Positions 47,275 to 56,216 of a stretch of DNA of 64,000 nt are shown here, piece after piece. The translations under genes were made by a program, and so were the position numbers. Location of the stretch: IMG/VR virus record IMGVR_UViG_2895055527_000002, positions 1 through 64,000 of that record. One strand, given 5' to 3'. The DNA comes from a virus. Lineage: Duplodnaviria > Caudoviricetes. The notes beneath the pieces were generated by a model. It had not been told where the DNA came from and searched no databases. It saw nothing but the letters and a program-made list of their open reading frames with translations. Positions within the stretch are counted from its first letter, which is position 1. Each line of letters begins with the position of its first letter.

Positions 47275-47633
47275 TGCGCTCCGGAACTCTCACTCGGCAA
47301 GTGCGGATCGAACGTCGGGGCGCCGGGAAGGATGATTTCGGCCAACCGTCCGACGGCTGGGTGCCGATCGGGCCGGTGCTTTGGTGCAACGTCCGTGTGT
47401 CGTCAGGCTCAGAAGCCATCAAATCTGATATGCCGGTCGGCGCGGCGGCCGTGAGCATTCGCGTGCGTTACCGCACCGACATCGACAACGGAATGCGTGC
47501 GGTCCTGATCAAGTACGTCGCCGGTCAGCCGGTGGACGACGAGATTTTCAACATCGAGAAGCCGTTGCCCGACTACGCCGGCCGGGAGTACACGGACCTC
47601 GTTTGCGTCTCCGGTCAAGGCGATGGCGGTTGA
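47271..47633 (+). CDS. Head closure protein / head-tail adaptor
   Basis: SGTLTRQVRIER..IRVRYR..GMR. Confidence 0.85.
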   Translation: MMRSGTLTRQVRIERRGAGKDDFGQPSDGWVPIGPVLWCNVRVSSGSEAIKSDMPVGAAAVSIRVRYRTDIDNGMRAVLIKYVAGQPVDDEIFNIEKPLPDYAGREYTDLVCVSGQGDGG

Positions 47634-48123
47634 TTGGAAGACGAGCGGTTTCAGCGAGTCTGCCGCGGCGCTCTTGAAGCTCGCCGACGATCTGGCCGAG
47701 TCCGCGCTACGGTCTGCGGCTGTCGCTGGCGGGACGATTCTACGTGACGAAGCCGCACTTCGCGCCCCGCAAGGCGAAACCGGAAACCTCGGTCGCGCGC
47801 TCTACCTTAAGTTCATCGAAGAGCGCTCGACAGAGACGAGCAAGATGTATTACGTCAGCATCCGGGGCGGGAAGAAGGGTGACGGCCGAAACGACGTCGC
47901 CTTCTACGGCCCGATGGTTGAGTTCGGACACTGGTATGTGCCACCGAAACCGAAGGGCGTGAGGTGGAAGTCTCACCGAGCCAACTCGGTAGGTAAGCAT
48001 TGGGTCGCCGCACGGCCGTTCATCCGACCGGCTTGGGAAGCGCGCAAGACCGATGCCGTTGATGCTATGCGCAACAGGCTCAAAGAGAAGTTGATGGAAA
48101 TTCACGAGGCGCGCGGCAAATGA
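47623..48123 (+). CDS. HK97 gp10-like tail component
   Basis: AP..TGNL..FYGPMVEFGH..RPFIRPA. Confidence 0.85.
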   Translation: MAVDWKTSGFSESAAALLKLADDLAESALRSAAVAGGTILRDEAALRAPQGETGNLGRALYLKFIEERSTETSKMYYVSIRGGKKGDGRNDVAFYGPMVEFGHWYVPPKPKGVRWKSHRANSVGKHWVAARPFIRPAWEARKTDAVDAMRNRLKEKLMEIHEARGK

Positions 48124-48467
48124 TCGAGCCACTCATCACGGGCGCGCTGGCCGGGGTTGCTGGTGGTCGGATATTCAACGCCACAGCGCCAGCCAACACG
48201 GCACGCCCATTTGCAGTTTTTCAAAAAGTTGGCGGGCAGGACGCGAGCTCACTAGAAGGTCTTGCCGAGCGCATGAACGCGCGCGTGCAGTTCGTTGTGT
48301 GGGCGGAGACCGCGAAGGAAGCGGCGACGGTCATGCGGCAGGTGATGACGACCGTCTGCGACGACGAACTGAAGGGTGTGTCCATTGGCGCACCCGTGGG
48401 GTTGCATGAGTCCGATACCAACTGGTACGGCGAGCGCCTCGATATTTCTTTTTGGTTCACCCCTTGA
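48120..48467 (+). CDS. Tail terminator (DUF3168-like)
   Basis: Position; PFAVFQKVGG..RVQFVVWA. Confidence 0.8.
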   Translation: MIEPLITGALAGVAGGRIFNATAPANTARPFAVFQKVGGQDASSLEGLAERMNARVQFVVWAETAKEAATVMRQVMTTVCDDELKGVSIGAPVGLHESDTNWYGERLDISFWFTP

Positions 48468-48485
48468 TACATCAGGAGAACAGCT

Positions 48486-48908
48486 ATGCCATCCCCGGCA
48501 ATCTCGGCTCAGGGCAGCAAGCTCGAAATCGCGCCTCTGGGCGCCACGCCGACGTACACGCGCATCAAAGGCTTCAAGTCGTTCACTGGCTTTGACGGCC
48601 AGTCGTCGGAAATCGACACGACCGACTTGGACAGCACGTCGAAGGAATACCTGCTCGGCCTGCGTGACAACGGCAATTTCAACTTCGATCTGAACATCAA
48701 CCGCACGGATCCCGGCCAAATTGTGCTCGAAGCTGCGCGGGCCAGCAGTGCAATGCATCTGTTCAAGCTCACGCTGCCGGACGGTCAAGTTGCGACGTGG
48801 AATGGCCTGGTAAAGAGCACGCCGCTTCAAGGCGGTGTCGACGCGGTGCTCACCGGTACGGTCAACACGCGTATCAGCGGTGACGTGACGTGGACGGAGG
48901 CTCCGTGA
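48486..48908 (+). CDS. Major tail tube protein
   Basis: AISAQG..EIDTTDLDS..KEY..GLRDNG..FKLTLPDG. Confidence 0.88.
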   Translation: MPSPAISAQGSKLEIAPLGATPTYTRIKGFKSFTGFDGQSSEIDTTDLDSTSKEYLLGLRDNGNFNFDLNINRTDPGQIVLEAARASSAMHLFKLTLPDGQVATWNGLVKSTPLQGGVDAVLTGTVNTRISGDVTWTEAP

Positions 48909-49303
48909 ACGTACTTTCAAAAGAGCAGATTCTGACGGCGGACGACCGCAAGACCAAGGACGTATCGGTGCCCCAGTGGGGCGGTGCCGTTCGACTTGCG
49001 GTTATGTCTGGCGCTGAGCGCGACGCATTTCACTCTTCGCGTGAGCGCGGCACGGGCAGTCTCGGGGAGTTCGAAGCGAACCTCCTCGCGGCGACGATCG
49101 TTGGTCTCGACGGCAAGCAGGTTTTCACGGTGGAAGACGTCGAAGCGCTGCGCGACAAGAAAAAAGACATTCTCGACATGCTCGCCAATGAGGCCGCGCT
49201 ATTGAATGGCATCGGTCGGGCCGCTCAGGAGAGCGCGGAAAAAAACTCCGTAGCCGCCCCGAGCGGCGATTCTGGTTCCGCCTCGCCCTCCACCTCGGAA
49301 TGA
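48905..49303 (+). CDS. Tail assembly chaperone (G-like)
   Basis: VPQWGG..MSGAERD..EKN; slippery site near the end. Confidence 0.85.
   Translation: MNVLSKEQILTADDRKTKDVSVPQWGGAVRLAVMSGAERDAFHSSRERGTGSLGEFEANLLAATIVGLDGKQVFTVEDVEALRDKKKDILDMLANEAALLNGIGRAAQESAEKNSVAAPSGDSGSASPSTSE
49240..49246 (+). other. Programmed -1 frameshift site A AAA AAC (G to GT)
   Basis: The -1 frame reads LRSRPERRFWFRLALHLG into MSVRQ of 49300..49605. Confidence 0.85.
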
Positions 49304-49605
49304 GCGTTCGGCAGGCTCAGCGGGAGATTGATTCCGCTGAGTTTGCCGAGTGGTTGGCGTACGCCAGCATCGAGAATTTCGGCAGCCCTGTTGAGGATCT
49401 GCGGACCGGTGCGGTGGTGTCAATGCTGGCGAACATAAATCGGGATCGAAAACAGCGGCCCGAGCCTTACGGCCTTCTCGACTTCTTGCCGTGGACTGAG
49501 TCACCAGACACGTCACCAGACGAGCCGGTTCAGCTTGCCGATCCAAAGGCGCAATCGGACCTCATCCGCGCCGCGATTTTCGGTATCTCGCCCAAATCCC
49601 ATTAA
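49300..49605 (+). CDS. Tail assembly chaperone T portion (C-terminal part of GT)
   Basis: IDSAEFAEWLAY..DLRTG..DFLPW. Confidence 0.8.
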   Translation: MSVRQAQREIDSAEFAEWLAYASIENFGSPVEDLRTGAVVSMLANINRDRKQRPEPYGLLDFLPWTESPDTSPDEPVQLADPKAQSDLIRAAIFGISPKSH

Positions 49606-49606
49606 C

Positions 49607-49628
49607 GCCCGCTGTACGCGGGCTTTTT
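49607..49628 (+). terminator. Intrinsic terminator
   Basis: GCCCGC-tgtac-GCGGGC-TTTTT. Confidence 0.65.
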
Positions 49629-49641
49629 CAATGACATCGCA

Positions 49642-52521
49642 ATGAGTGACCTGATCGGAAAGGCCGTAATCGCCGTCGAGGCGAATACCACGGGCCTTAA
49701 GGCTGGCATGGCCGAAGGCGCTCAGTCGGTAAAGCAGCTTGAGGCCACGGCCACGGCGTCCGGCGCAAAGACGAGCGCGGCGTTTAAGGGCATGTCGGAC
49801 GCGGCAACGTCAGGGGCTAGGGCTAGCGAATCGTCGATTCGCAGCTTCATGGCGTCGCTCGAACGCCAGTCCGTGACCGTCTCGCAAGGCAAGGCTGCAT
49901 GGATGGAGATGCGCGCGGCCCAGCTCGGTGTCGCGGATTCGGCGGCGCCAATGATCGCGGCCATGAAGAAGGCCGAGAACGGGGCGCATGAAATGAATTT
50001 CGCGTCGGCCGCGGCGCGAAAAGAAATGATGGTGCTGGCACACGAAGCCTCTACTGGTGCCTGGAAGAACTTCGGTGGATCGCTTCTCGTACTCGGTGAG
50101 CGCACGGATGCGTTGGGAGCCATTATGTCCGCGACCGGCGTCACGGTCGGGCTCGTCGGCGCTTTCATCGGCGCATTTGCGCTTGCGGCGTATCAGGGAA
50201 AGAACGAGGCGGAGGCATTTGCAAAGTCTCTGCAACTGACCGGAAATGCCGCAGGTGTGACTCGCGACGCCTTCAACGCGATGACGCTAGGTATCGCGCA
50301 GGGCACCAAGTCCGGGATCGGCGCGGCGCATGACGCTCTCCAAGAGCTGATCTACACCGGCAAGTTCACCGGACAGAGCTTGCAGACGCTGGGGGAGGAC
50401 GTCGTCAAGCTGTCCGACCTGACCGGCGCGAAGCTCGAAGATATTGTGGCCGATTACGCCAAGATGCCCGATGGCGTTGCGAAGTGGGCTGCCGAGCACA
50501 ATCGCAGTATGCACTTCATGGATACGGCGACGTATGAGTACGTCCGATCCCTTGAAGAGGCGGGCAAGGTGTCCGACGCGGTTCGCGTCGTCTCCGAAGC
50601 ACTCCATCGGCAACTTGTAACGGATGCCACCGACAAGCTCGGCACCGCAGCAAAAGCGTGGCGGGATTTTCGTCTCGAGATTTCAAAGACCTGGGCGCAG
50701 CTGAAGCAGGGTTTCAGCACCGGCCCCACGAACACCGACAAGATCGATACCCTTCTCAACGAGCGGCGCGATCTTGAGTCGATGGCAAAGCGTTCGGGTG
50801 GCGGTGGCGAGATGGCGCGAGAGCGCATCGCCAGCATCGACAAGCAAATCGCTTCGCTCCAATCGCTCAACATCGAAGAACAGCGCCTTGCCGAAGGCAA
50901 TGCACGCCGCGCGCGCGAGGCTCAGGCAGGCATTGCCGCGACTGACGCCTTGCACAAGCAGCGGCTGCAATACGACAAGGGCTACGCGCGCCAGAACGCT
51001 CTCGATCAGTTTGACCGTCATATTTCTGACCTTCGGACGGCGAACCCGAACAGCCCCGAGCTTGATCCTAAAGCGCTTGCTGCGACCCGGAAGGGGATCA
51101 TCGAGCAATACACGGACAAGAAAGGCGAATCGGACGCGCAGAACGCGCTAAACGCACGCCTCGAAGCCTTGCAGCAGCAGTACAAGGCCGAAGAGGATTC
51201 GCTGAAGTCGAATCTCACGCACATCAAGAGTCTTCGAGAGCAGGGACTGGTGTCGTTGCAGGACCAATTGCAACTGGAACACGACGCTCGGCAGCAGTCG
51301 CTGACGAAGCAGTTGGGCATTGTTCAGCAGCAGGAAGAGCTGGCGAAGGGCAAGAAGCAACTCGCGGCATACCAAAAGTACGCGGGCGAAGAGACTCAGA
51401 TTCGGCAAAAGCTCGCCGAGAACGACCGTAAGTTTGCGGACGATTCCGCTGCCCTTCAGCAGAAGCAAGCCCGGGACCTTCAGGCTTACGTGACGTCGCT
51501 CGACAAGTCCCTGCAAACGCGGCGCGACGCGATCACGCAAAGCGTCGATTCGATCGGCATGGGCGATACGGCTCGCGACCAGTTCTCGCGACTTACCGCT
51601 GCGGCTAAGGAATACGACCAGAAGCTATCGGACCTGACGCGCTCGCGTATCGAGAATCGCATCGACCCGAGTCAGTACGACGCGGAGTTGAAGGCTTTAC
51701 AAGACTTCTACGATAAACGAGTGGCGATGGAGTATGACGCCACCGACCGTATTCGCGCCGCACAAGGGAACTGGCTCAACGGTGCCCGGCGCGCTTGGGA
51801 GAACTTCAACGACAAGGCGCTCAACGTCGCGGACCAGGTCGGCACTAGCTTTTCGAATGTCTACGAAGGGTTGACGGACGCCGCTGCCAAGTGGGCCACT
51901 GGCACCAAGATGCGCATCGCGGATATCGGTTCGGCGTTCGCGCAAGAGCTGATAAAAATGTCGATTCGCGCGGCGGCATCACCAGTATTTGGCGCGTTGA
52001 CTGGCTACTTGGGCAGCATGTTTGGCGGTGGGTATTCGTCGAGCAGTGTCAACGCAGGGCTGGCTGGATCGTATAGCGGTTCGTTCTCGTCGGGCTTAGG
52101 TGGTACCGGCATGTTCACGATGCCCAGTGCGAAGGGCAACGTGTTTGCAAGCGGCTCCGTCGTGCACGCCTTTGCCAAGGGCGGCACATTCACCAATCAG
52201 GTAGTCAATCAACCCACCCTCGCACCCATGGCCCTCTTCGGCGAAGCCGGGGAGGAAGCAATCATGCCGCTCAAGCGCGGGGCTGATGGCTCATTGGGGG
52301 TTCGTGCGTCGATCGACGTGGGAAGCGGCACACAGGTGCAGAACTACACGAACGTGGATCTGAACGTGCAGGCAACCGGTGGTGGTCCAGGGGGCTTTGA
52401 CAGTACGGACGCGCGAGATCTGAAGCGAGCAGTCCAGGGTTGGATCGATGAGCGCATGGACAAGAAGATGCGGGGGCAGGGTGGTTATGCGTCGCAGATG
52501 AAATACGGGCGGCTGGCATGA
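49642..52521 (+). CDS. Lambda-type tape measure protein
   Basis: 959-aa Ala-rich coiled coil; LTGNAAG; C-terminal AKGG..GEAGEEAIMPL. Confidence 0.92.
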   Translation: MSDLIGKAVIAVEANTTGLKAGMAEGAQSVKQLEATATASGAKTSAAFKGMSDAATSGARASESSIRSFMASLERQSVTVSQGKAAWMEMRAAQLGVADSAAPMIAAMKKAENGAHEMNFASAAARKEMMVLAHEASTGAWKNFGGSLLVLGERTDALGAIMSATGVTVGLVGAFIGAFALAAYQGKNEAEAFAKSLQLTGNAAGVTRDAFNAMTLGIAQGTKSGIGAAHDALQELIYTGKFTGQSLQTLGEDVVKLSDLTGAKLEDIVADYAKMPDGVAKWAAEHNRSMHFMDTATYEYVRSLEEAGKVSDAVRVVSEALHRQLVTDATDKLGTAAKAWRDFRLEISKTWAQLKQGFSTGPTNTDKIDTLLNERRDLESMAKRSGGGGEMARERIASIDKQIASLQSLNIEEQRLAEGNARRAREAQAGIAATDALHKQRLQYDKGYARQNALDQFDRHISDLRTANPNSPELDPKALAATRKGIIEQYTDKKGESDAQNALNARLEALQQQYKAEEDSLKSNLTHIKSLREQGLVSLQDQLQLEHDARQQSLTKQLGIVQQQEELAKGKKQLAAYQKYAGEETQIRQKLAENDRKFADDSAALQQKQARDLQAYVTSLDKSLQTRRDAITQSVDSIGMGDTARDQFSRLTAAAKEYDQKLSDLTRSRIENRIDPSQYDAELKALQDFYDKRVAMEYDATDRIRAAQGNWLNGARRAWENFNDKALNVADQVGTSFSNVYEGLTDAAAKWATGTKMRIADIGSAFAQELIKMSIRAAASPVFGALTGYLGSMFGGGYSSSSVNAGLAGSYSGSFSSGLGGTGMFTMPSAKGNVFASGSVVHAFAKGGTFTNQVVNQPTLAPMALFGEAGEEAIMPLKRGADGSLGVRASIDVGSGTQVQNYTNVDLNVQATGGGPGGFDSTDARDLKRAVQGWIDERMDKKMRGQGGYASQMKYGRLA

Positions 52522-52853
52522 CCGATACGTTCATCTGGTCCCCTCGCACGAATTCGTCCGGCGATACCACCTTTTCAGTGCTCAAAGCTAAGTTTGGTGA
52601 CGGCTATGAGCAGCGGGCCAATAACGGGCTGAACAATAGAGCGTCAAGCTACCAACTAACTTTCGTCGGGACGGAGTCGAAGATTTCGGCGATTCTGGCT
52701 TTCCTCGACGCCCACGCAGGCAGCAAGTCGTTTTTCTGGAAGCCCCCCTTACGGGAGCAGGCGCTTTTCGTCTGCGAGAAGTACTCCGGGCCAGTGAAGG
52801 ACGGGGACATTTATACGATCTCGGCGACGTTCGACCAGACGTTCGCGCCGTGA
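52518..52853 (+). CDS. Minor tail protein M (distal tail)
   Basis: KFGDGYEQR..GLN..FFWKPP..ATFDQ. Confidence 0.9.
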   Translation: MTDTFIWSPRTNSSGDTTFSVLKAKFGDGYEQRANNGLNNRASSYQLTFVGTESKISAILAFLDAHAGSKSFFWKPPLREQALFVCEKYSGPVKDGDIYTISATFDQTFAP

Positions 52854-52896
52854 TCTAGGCCGTCCCGTTTCTTCATATCGACGAAAAAAACCGAAA

Positions 52897-53715
52897 ATGA
52901 ACCTCCAGCAAATCAATCTCGGCTCCACTCCTACGGGGGGAGACGGCGATACCGTTCGTTCTGCGTTCGCAAAGACTAATCAGAACTCGACGGACATATC
53001 CGAGAAGTTCACTGCCGTCGATACCGCCGTCGCGGGCAAGATGCCCGCGAATCCTGGTGGCGGCGTCGATAAAGTCGTGATGGGTAGCGGAGCTCTCGAC
53101 AACGCGATCAACCCTCGCTGGCAGATCAAATCATCCAGTGGCCCGATGCTGGAGTTTCATATTCCCGGGTCGACAGCCCTGGGTAACTTTATGGATCCTG
53201 CTGGCAATCTGTATTGGGCCAGAACCGACGGCGGAGGGAGCGCCAGTGGTGCGGCACGAATGTACCTTACGCCCACAGGATCGCTTTCGATCCTGGGTAC
53301 ATTGAGTCAAGGCTCGGACTATCGGCTGAAGACGGACGTGATCGAGTTGGATCCTGACGACGTCCTTGAGCGGGTCATGCGCTTCAGAGGCGTCGAATAC
53401 ACGTCCATTTTTGACCCGGACGGTGGGCGCTTGCCTGGTGGGTTAGCTCATGAAGTGAGTGAGGCATTTCCGCTGCTCGTGCAGGGAACCAAGGACGCAG
53501 TAGAGGCCGCTCCAGACATCGATGGCAAGCCCGTGGCTCGGTATCAGCGAATGAACTACGTCGGACTAGTCGTTTACACGACTGTCGGCTTGCAGGCCAC
53601 GGTTCGGCGTCTTGAGGCGGCGGAAAAAACGATTGGAAGCCTGGTCGGGCGAATTGAGGCACTTGAGCGGATGATGCCGAGTGAAGGCCAAGCGGGTCAT
53701 GAGACCGGCGAATGA
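52897..53715 (+). CDS. Short tail fibre with a C-terminal intramolecular chaperone (S74-type)
   Basis: N-terminal INLGSTPTGGDGDTVRSAFAKTN; SDYRLKT autocleavage motif; G.LAHEV..FP.LV; terminal coiled coil. Confidence 0.8.
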   Translation: MNLQQINLGSTPTGGDGDTVRSAFAKTNQNSTDISEKFTAVDTAVAGKMPANPGGGVDKVVMGSGALDNAINPRWQIKSSSGPMLEFHIPGSTALGNFMDPAGNLYWARTDGGGSASGAARMYLTPTGSLSILGTLSQGSDYRLKTDVIELDPDDVLERVMRFRGVEYTSIFDPDGGRLPGGLAHEVSEAFPLLVQGTKDAVEAAPDIDGKPVARYQRMNYVGLVVYTTVGLQATVRRLEAAEKTIGSLVGRIEALERMMPSEGQAGHETGE

Positions 53716-54416
53716 GCATTTATTCCGATATTCAGACGCTTGAGCCTGGTGCGCTGATCGAGATGTTTGAATTGGACGCGACAGCCCAGTCAGGCGACGT
53801 TCTGCGATTCCACGGATACATGCAGGCTGGTTCAATCTGGTGGCAGGGAAACGAGTACTTACCTTGGCCGATTGAGGTCGAGGGTTTCGCTCGCAGCGGC
53901 GATAGCCAACAGCCGACACCGACTTTGTCAGTAGGCAACGTGGACGGCTCAATCACCGCTTTGTGCCTGTATCTGGACGACATGGTCGGTGCGAAGGTTT
54001 CGCGCCTGCGGACATTGGGCCAGTACCTCGACGCCCGCAATTTCCCTGAGGGCAATCCGACGGCGGACCCCGACGAGCAGTTCCCGCCCGAGCTTTGGTA
54101 CATCAACCAGAAGACGGAAGAGACAAACGAGGCAGTGACCTTCGAACTGGCAAGCGCGCTCGATTTCAACGGCGAGCAGTTGCCGCGCCGCCAGATCATC
54201 GCCAATGTTTGTATCTGGCTGACGATCGGTGGCTATCGCGGGCCCCACTGCGGCTACACCGGCACGGCCTATTTCGACAAGGACGACAACCCCGTGGCCG
54301 ATCCAACGCGCGATCGGTGCGGCGGCCGCGTTTCGTCGTGCAAATGTCGCTTCGGCGAGAACAACGAGTTGCCCTACGGCGGCTTCCCGGCGGCCGACCT
54401 GGTCCGTACGAGCTGA
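53712..54416 (+). CDS. Minor tail protein L
   Basis: IWWQGNEY..LPRRQI..C.W..YRGPHCGY..CKCRFG..GGFP. Confidence 0.92.
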   Translation: MSIYSDIQTLEPGALIEMFELDATAQSGDVLRFHGYMQAGSIWWQGNEYLPWPIEVEGFARSGDSQQPTPTLSVGNVDGSITALCLYLDDMVGAKVSRLRTLGQYLDARNFPEGNPTADPDEQFPPELWYINQKTEETNEAVTFELASALDFNGEQLPRRQIIANVCIWLTIGGYRGPHCGYTGTAYFDKDDNPVADPTRDRCGGRVSSCKCRFGENNELPYGGFPAADLVRTS

Positions 54417-55129
54417 TGAAAGAACTAACGCTTAAGGCTATCCGCGAACACGCGGAAGCGGAGTATCCCCGTGAAGCCTGCGGCCTCATCGTAGTTCGAA
54501 GGGGGCGCGAGCGGTACATGCGTTGCCGGAATCTCGCGCAGGGAACTGAACATTTCGTCATGTCACCGGAGGATTACGCGGCGGCCGAAGACGTGGGGGA
54601 CGTGGTTGCCGTAGTGCACTCACATCCCGACGCACCGGCAACGCCGAGCGAAGCCGATCTGGTGAGTTGCGAGGCGACTGGCCTGCCGTGGCACATTCTT
54701 TCGTGGCCGGCGGATGACTTCCGCACGATGGAGCCAAGCGGGTTTCAAGCCCCGCTAGTTGGGCGATCATTCGCACACGGGGTACTCGACTGCTGGTCAC
54801 TAGTTCGTGATTTTTACGCCCGCGAATTGAAAATTGAGTTACCGGATTTCGAGCGGCGCGACGATTGGTGGGCACAGGGCGAAAACCTCTACATGGAGGG
54901 GTACCCGAAAGCCGGTTTCGTCCATCTGAATCAGGACGAGCCTGCGAAAGAGGGCGACGTGATCCTGATGCAGCGTCGCTCAACTGTGCCCAATCACGCG
55001 GCCGTCTATCTTGGCGACGGCCTGATGCTGCATCATATGCACGGGCGCCTGTCGACCCGTGAAGTGTACGGTGGCTACTGGCGCGAGATCACACGTTGCG
55101 TTCTAAGGCACAAGGACCTGTTCGGGTAA
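54416..55129 (+). CDS. Tail protein K (JAB plus NlpC/P60)
   Basis: YPREACG, VHSHPD..SEAD, DCWSLVRD, NHAAVYLG. Confidence 0.92.
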   Translation: MKELTLKAIREHAEAEYPREACGLIVVRRGRERYMRCRNLAQGTEHFVMSPEDYAAAEDVGDVVAVVHSHPDAPATPSEADLVSCEATGLPWHILSWPADDFRTMEPSGFQAPLVGRSFAHGVLDCWSLVRDFYARELKIELPDFERRDDWWAQGENLYMEGYPKAGFVHLNQDEPAKEGDVILMQRRSTVPNHAAVYLGDGLMLHHMHGRLSTREVYGGYWREITRCVLRHKDLFG

Positions 55130-55160
55130 TATTCGGCTTTTGACCAGTTAGGGAGCCGAA

Positions 55161-55499
55161 ATGCGTGTGGCTATGTCTATCGGCGCGCTGTCTGTTTTGG
55201 TATTCGGCGGATGCACGAGCATTCAGGACGTCAAGCAGAGAGCGCCGGATTTCACGGCGGCATCCAGTAAGAAGCCGGCGAACGTAGGCGGTTGCGTCGC
55301 GTCACAGTGGCGCTCAAATGATGTCGACTTCCGGTATTCACCACTTGGAGATGGTGTTGAGATCGCGGTCGGGGACCCCGGCTACTATTACGCCGTTTTT
55401 GAGGCAACCCCGGACTCAAATGGATCGAAGGTGTCTTTCTTCAGCCGCTCCTGGTTTGGCAATGAAAAGATGCTAAGAGGCGTGAAGGCGTGTGTGTAA
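55161..55499 (+). CDS. Lipoprotein moron between tail genes K and I
   Basis: Lipobox FGG-C; GGAG RBS; followed by its own terminator. Confidence 0.8.
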   Translation: MRVAMSIGALSVLVFGGCTSIQDVKQRAPDFTAASSKKPANVGGCVASQWRSNDVDFRYSPLGDGVEIAVGDPGYYYAVFEATPDSNGSKVSFFSRSWFGNEKMLRGVKACV

Positions 55500-55518
55500 G
55501 GGCCATTTTTTGATGACT

Positions 55519-55543
55519 AACCCCGCTTAGGCGGGGTTTTTTT
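55519..55543 (+). terminator. Intrinsic terminator
   Basis: AACCCCGC-TTAG-GCGGGG-TTTTTTT. Confidence 0.85.
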
Positions 55544-56152
55544 ATGTCTGCCGCTATGAATGAACGCTTAAGGACGATCCGCCTTTATGGAAGCTTAGGA
55601 GCGCGATTTGGACGAGTGCATAGGTTTGTCGTATCAAACGCGGCCGAGGCGATCCGAGCGATGTGTGTGCAGTTCAAGGGCTTTGAGAAGGAGCTGATCG
55701 ACAGCCGTCGGAACGGTGTGGCGTACGCGCTGTTCATTGGCAAGCGGAATATCAGTCAAAGCGAATTGTCCTTTCCTCCAGGTAAAGACGACATTCGCAT
55801 TGCGCCGGTGCTGCGAGGTTCGAAGCGTGGGGGTTTGCTCCAGGTAGTGCTTGGGGCGGCGCTCATTGCCGCGTCTTTCATCCCCGGTTTGAACGCAGTC
55901 GCATGGTCTGGTGCATCTACTTTTCTTGGGATGACAGGAGCTTCCTTAGCACTTGGGGGCGTCGTCCAACTCTTATCGCCTCAACAATCTGGCTTGTCGG
56001 CGAAGGACAGTCCGGACAACGGCGCAAGCTACAACTTCAACGGACCAGTGAACACCCAGGCGCAGGGCAATCCTGTTCCTACGGGCCACGGTCGAATGAT
56101 CATCGGTGGCCCAGTCATTTCTGCGGGAATCTACGCCGAAGACCAAATGTAA
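55544..56152 (+). CDS. Tail assembly protein I
   Basis: IRLYGSLGARFGRVH..IRIAPV..SYNFNGPVNT..ISAGI. Confidence 0.92.
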   Translation: MSAAMNERLRTIRLYGSLGARFGRVHRFVVSNAAEAIRAMCVQFKGFEKELIDSRRNGVAYALFIGKRNISQSELSFPPGKDDIRIAPVLRGSKRGGLLQVVLGAALIAASFIPGLNAVAWSGASTFLGMTGASLALGGVVQLLSPQQSGLSAKDSPDNGASYNFNGPVNTQAQGNPVPTGHGRMIIGGPVISAGIYAEDQM

Positions 56153-56178
56153 TTGCCGAATCAACAGCAGTACCCAAT

Positions 56179-56201
56179 AACCCCGCCTTGTGCGGGGTTT
56201 T
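56179..56201 (+). terminator. Intrinsic terminator
   Basis: AACCCCGC-cttgt-GCGGGG-TTTT. Confidence 0.7.
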
Positions 56202-56216
56202 GCATTTGTGGAGCCC

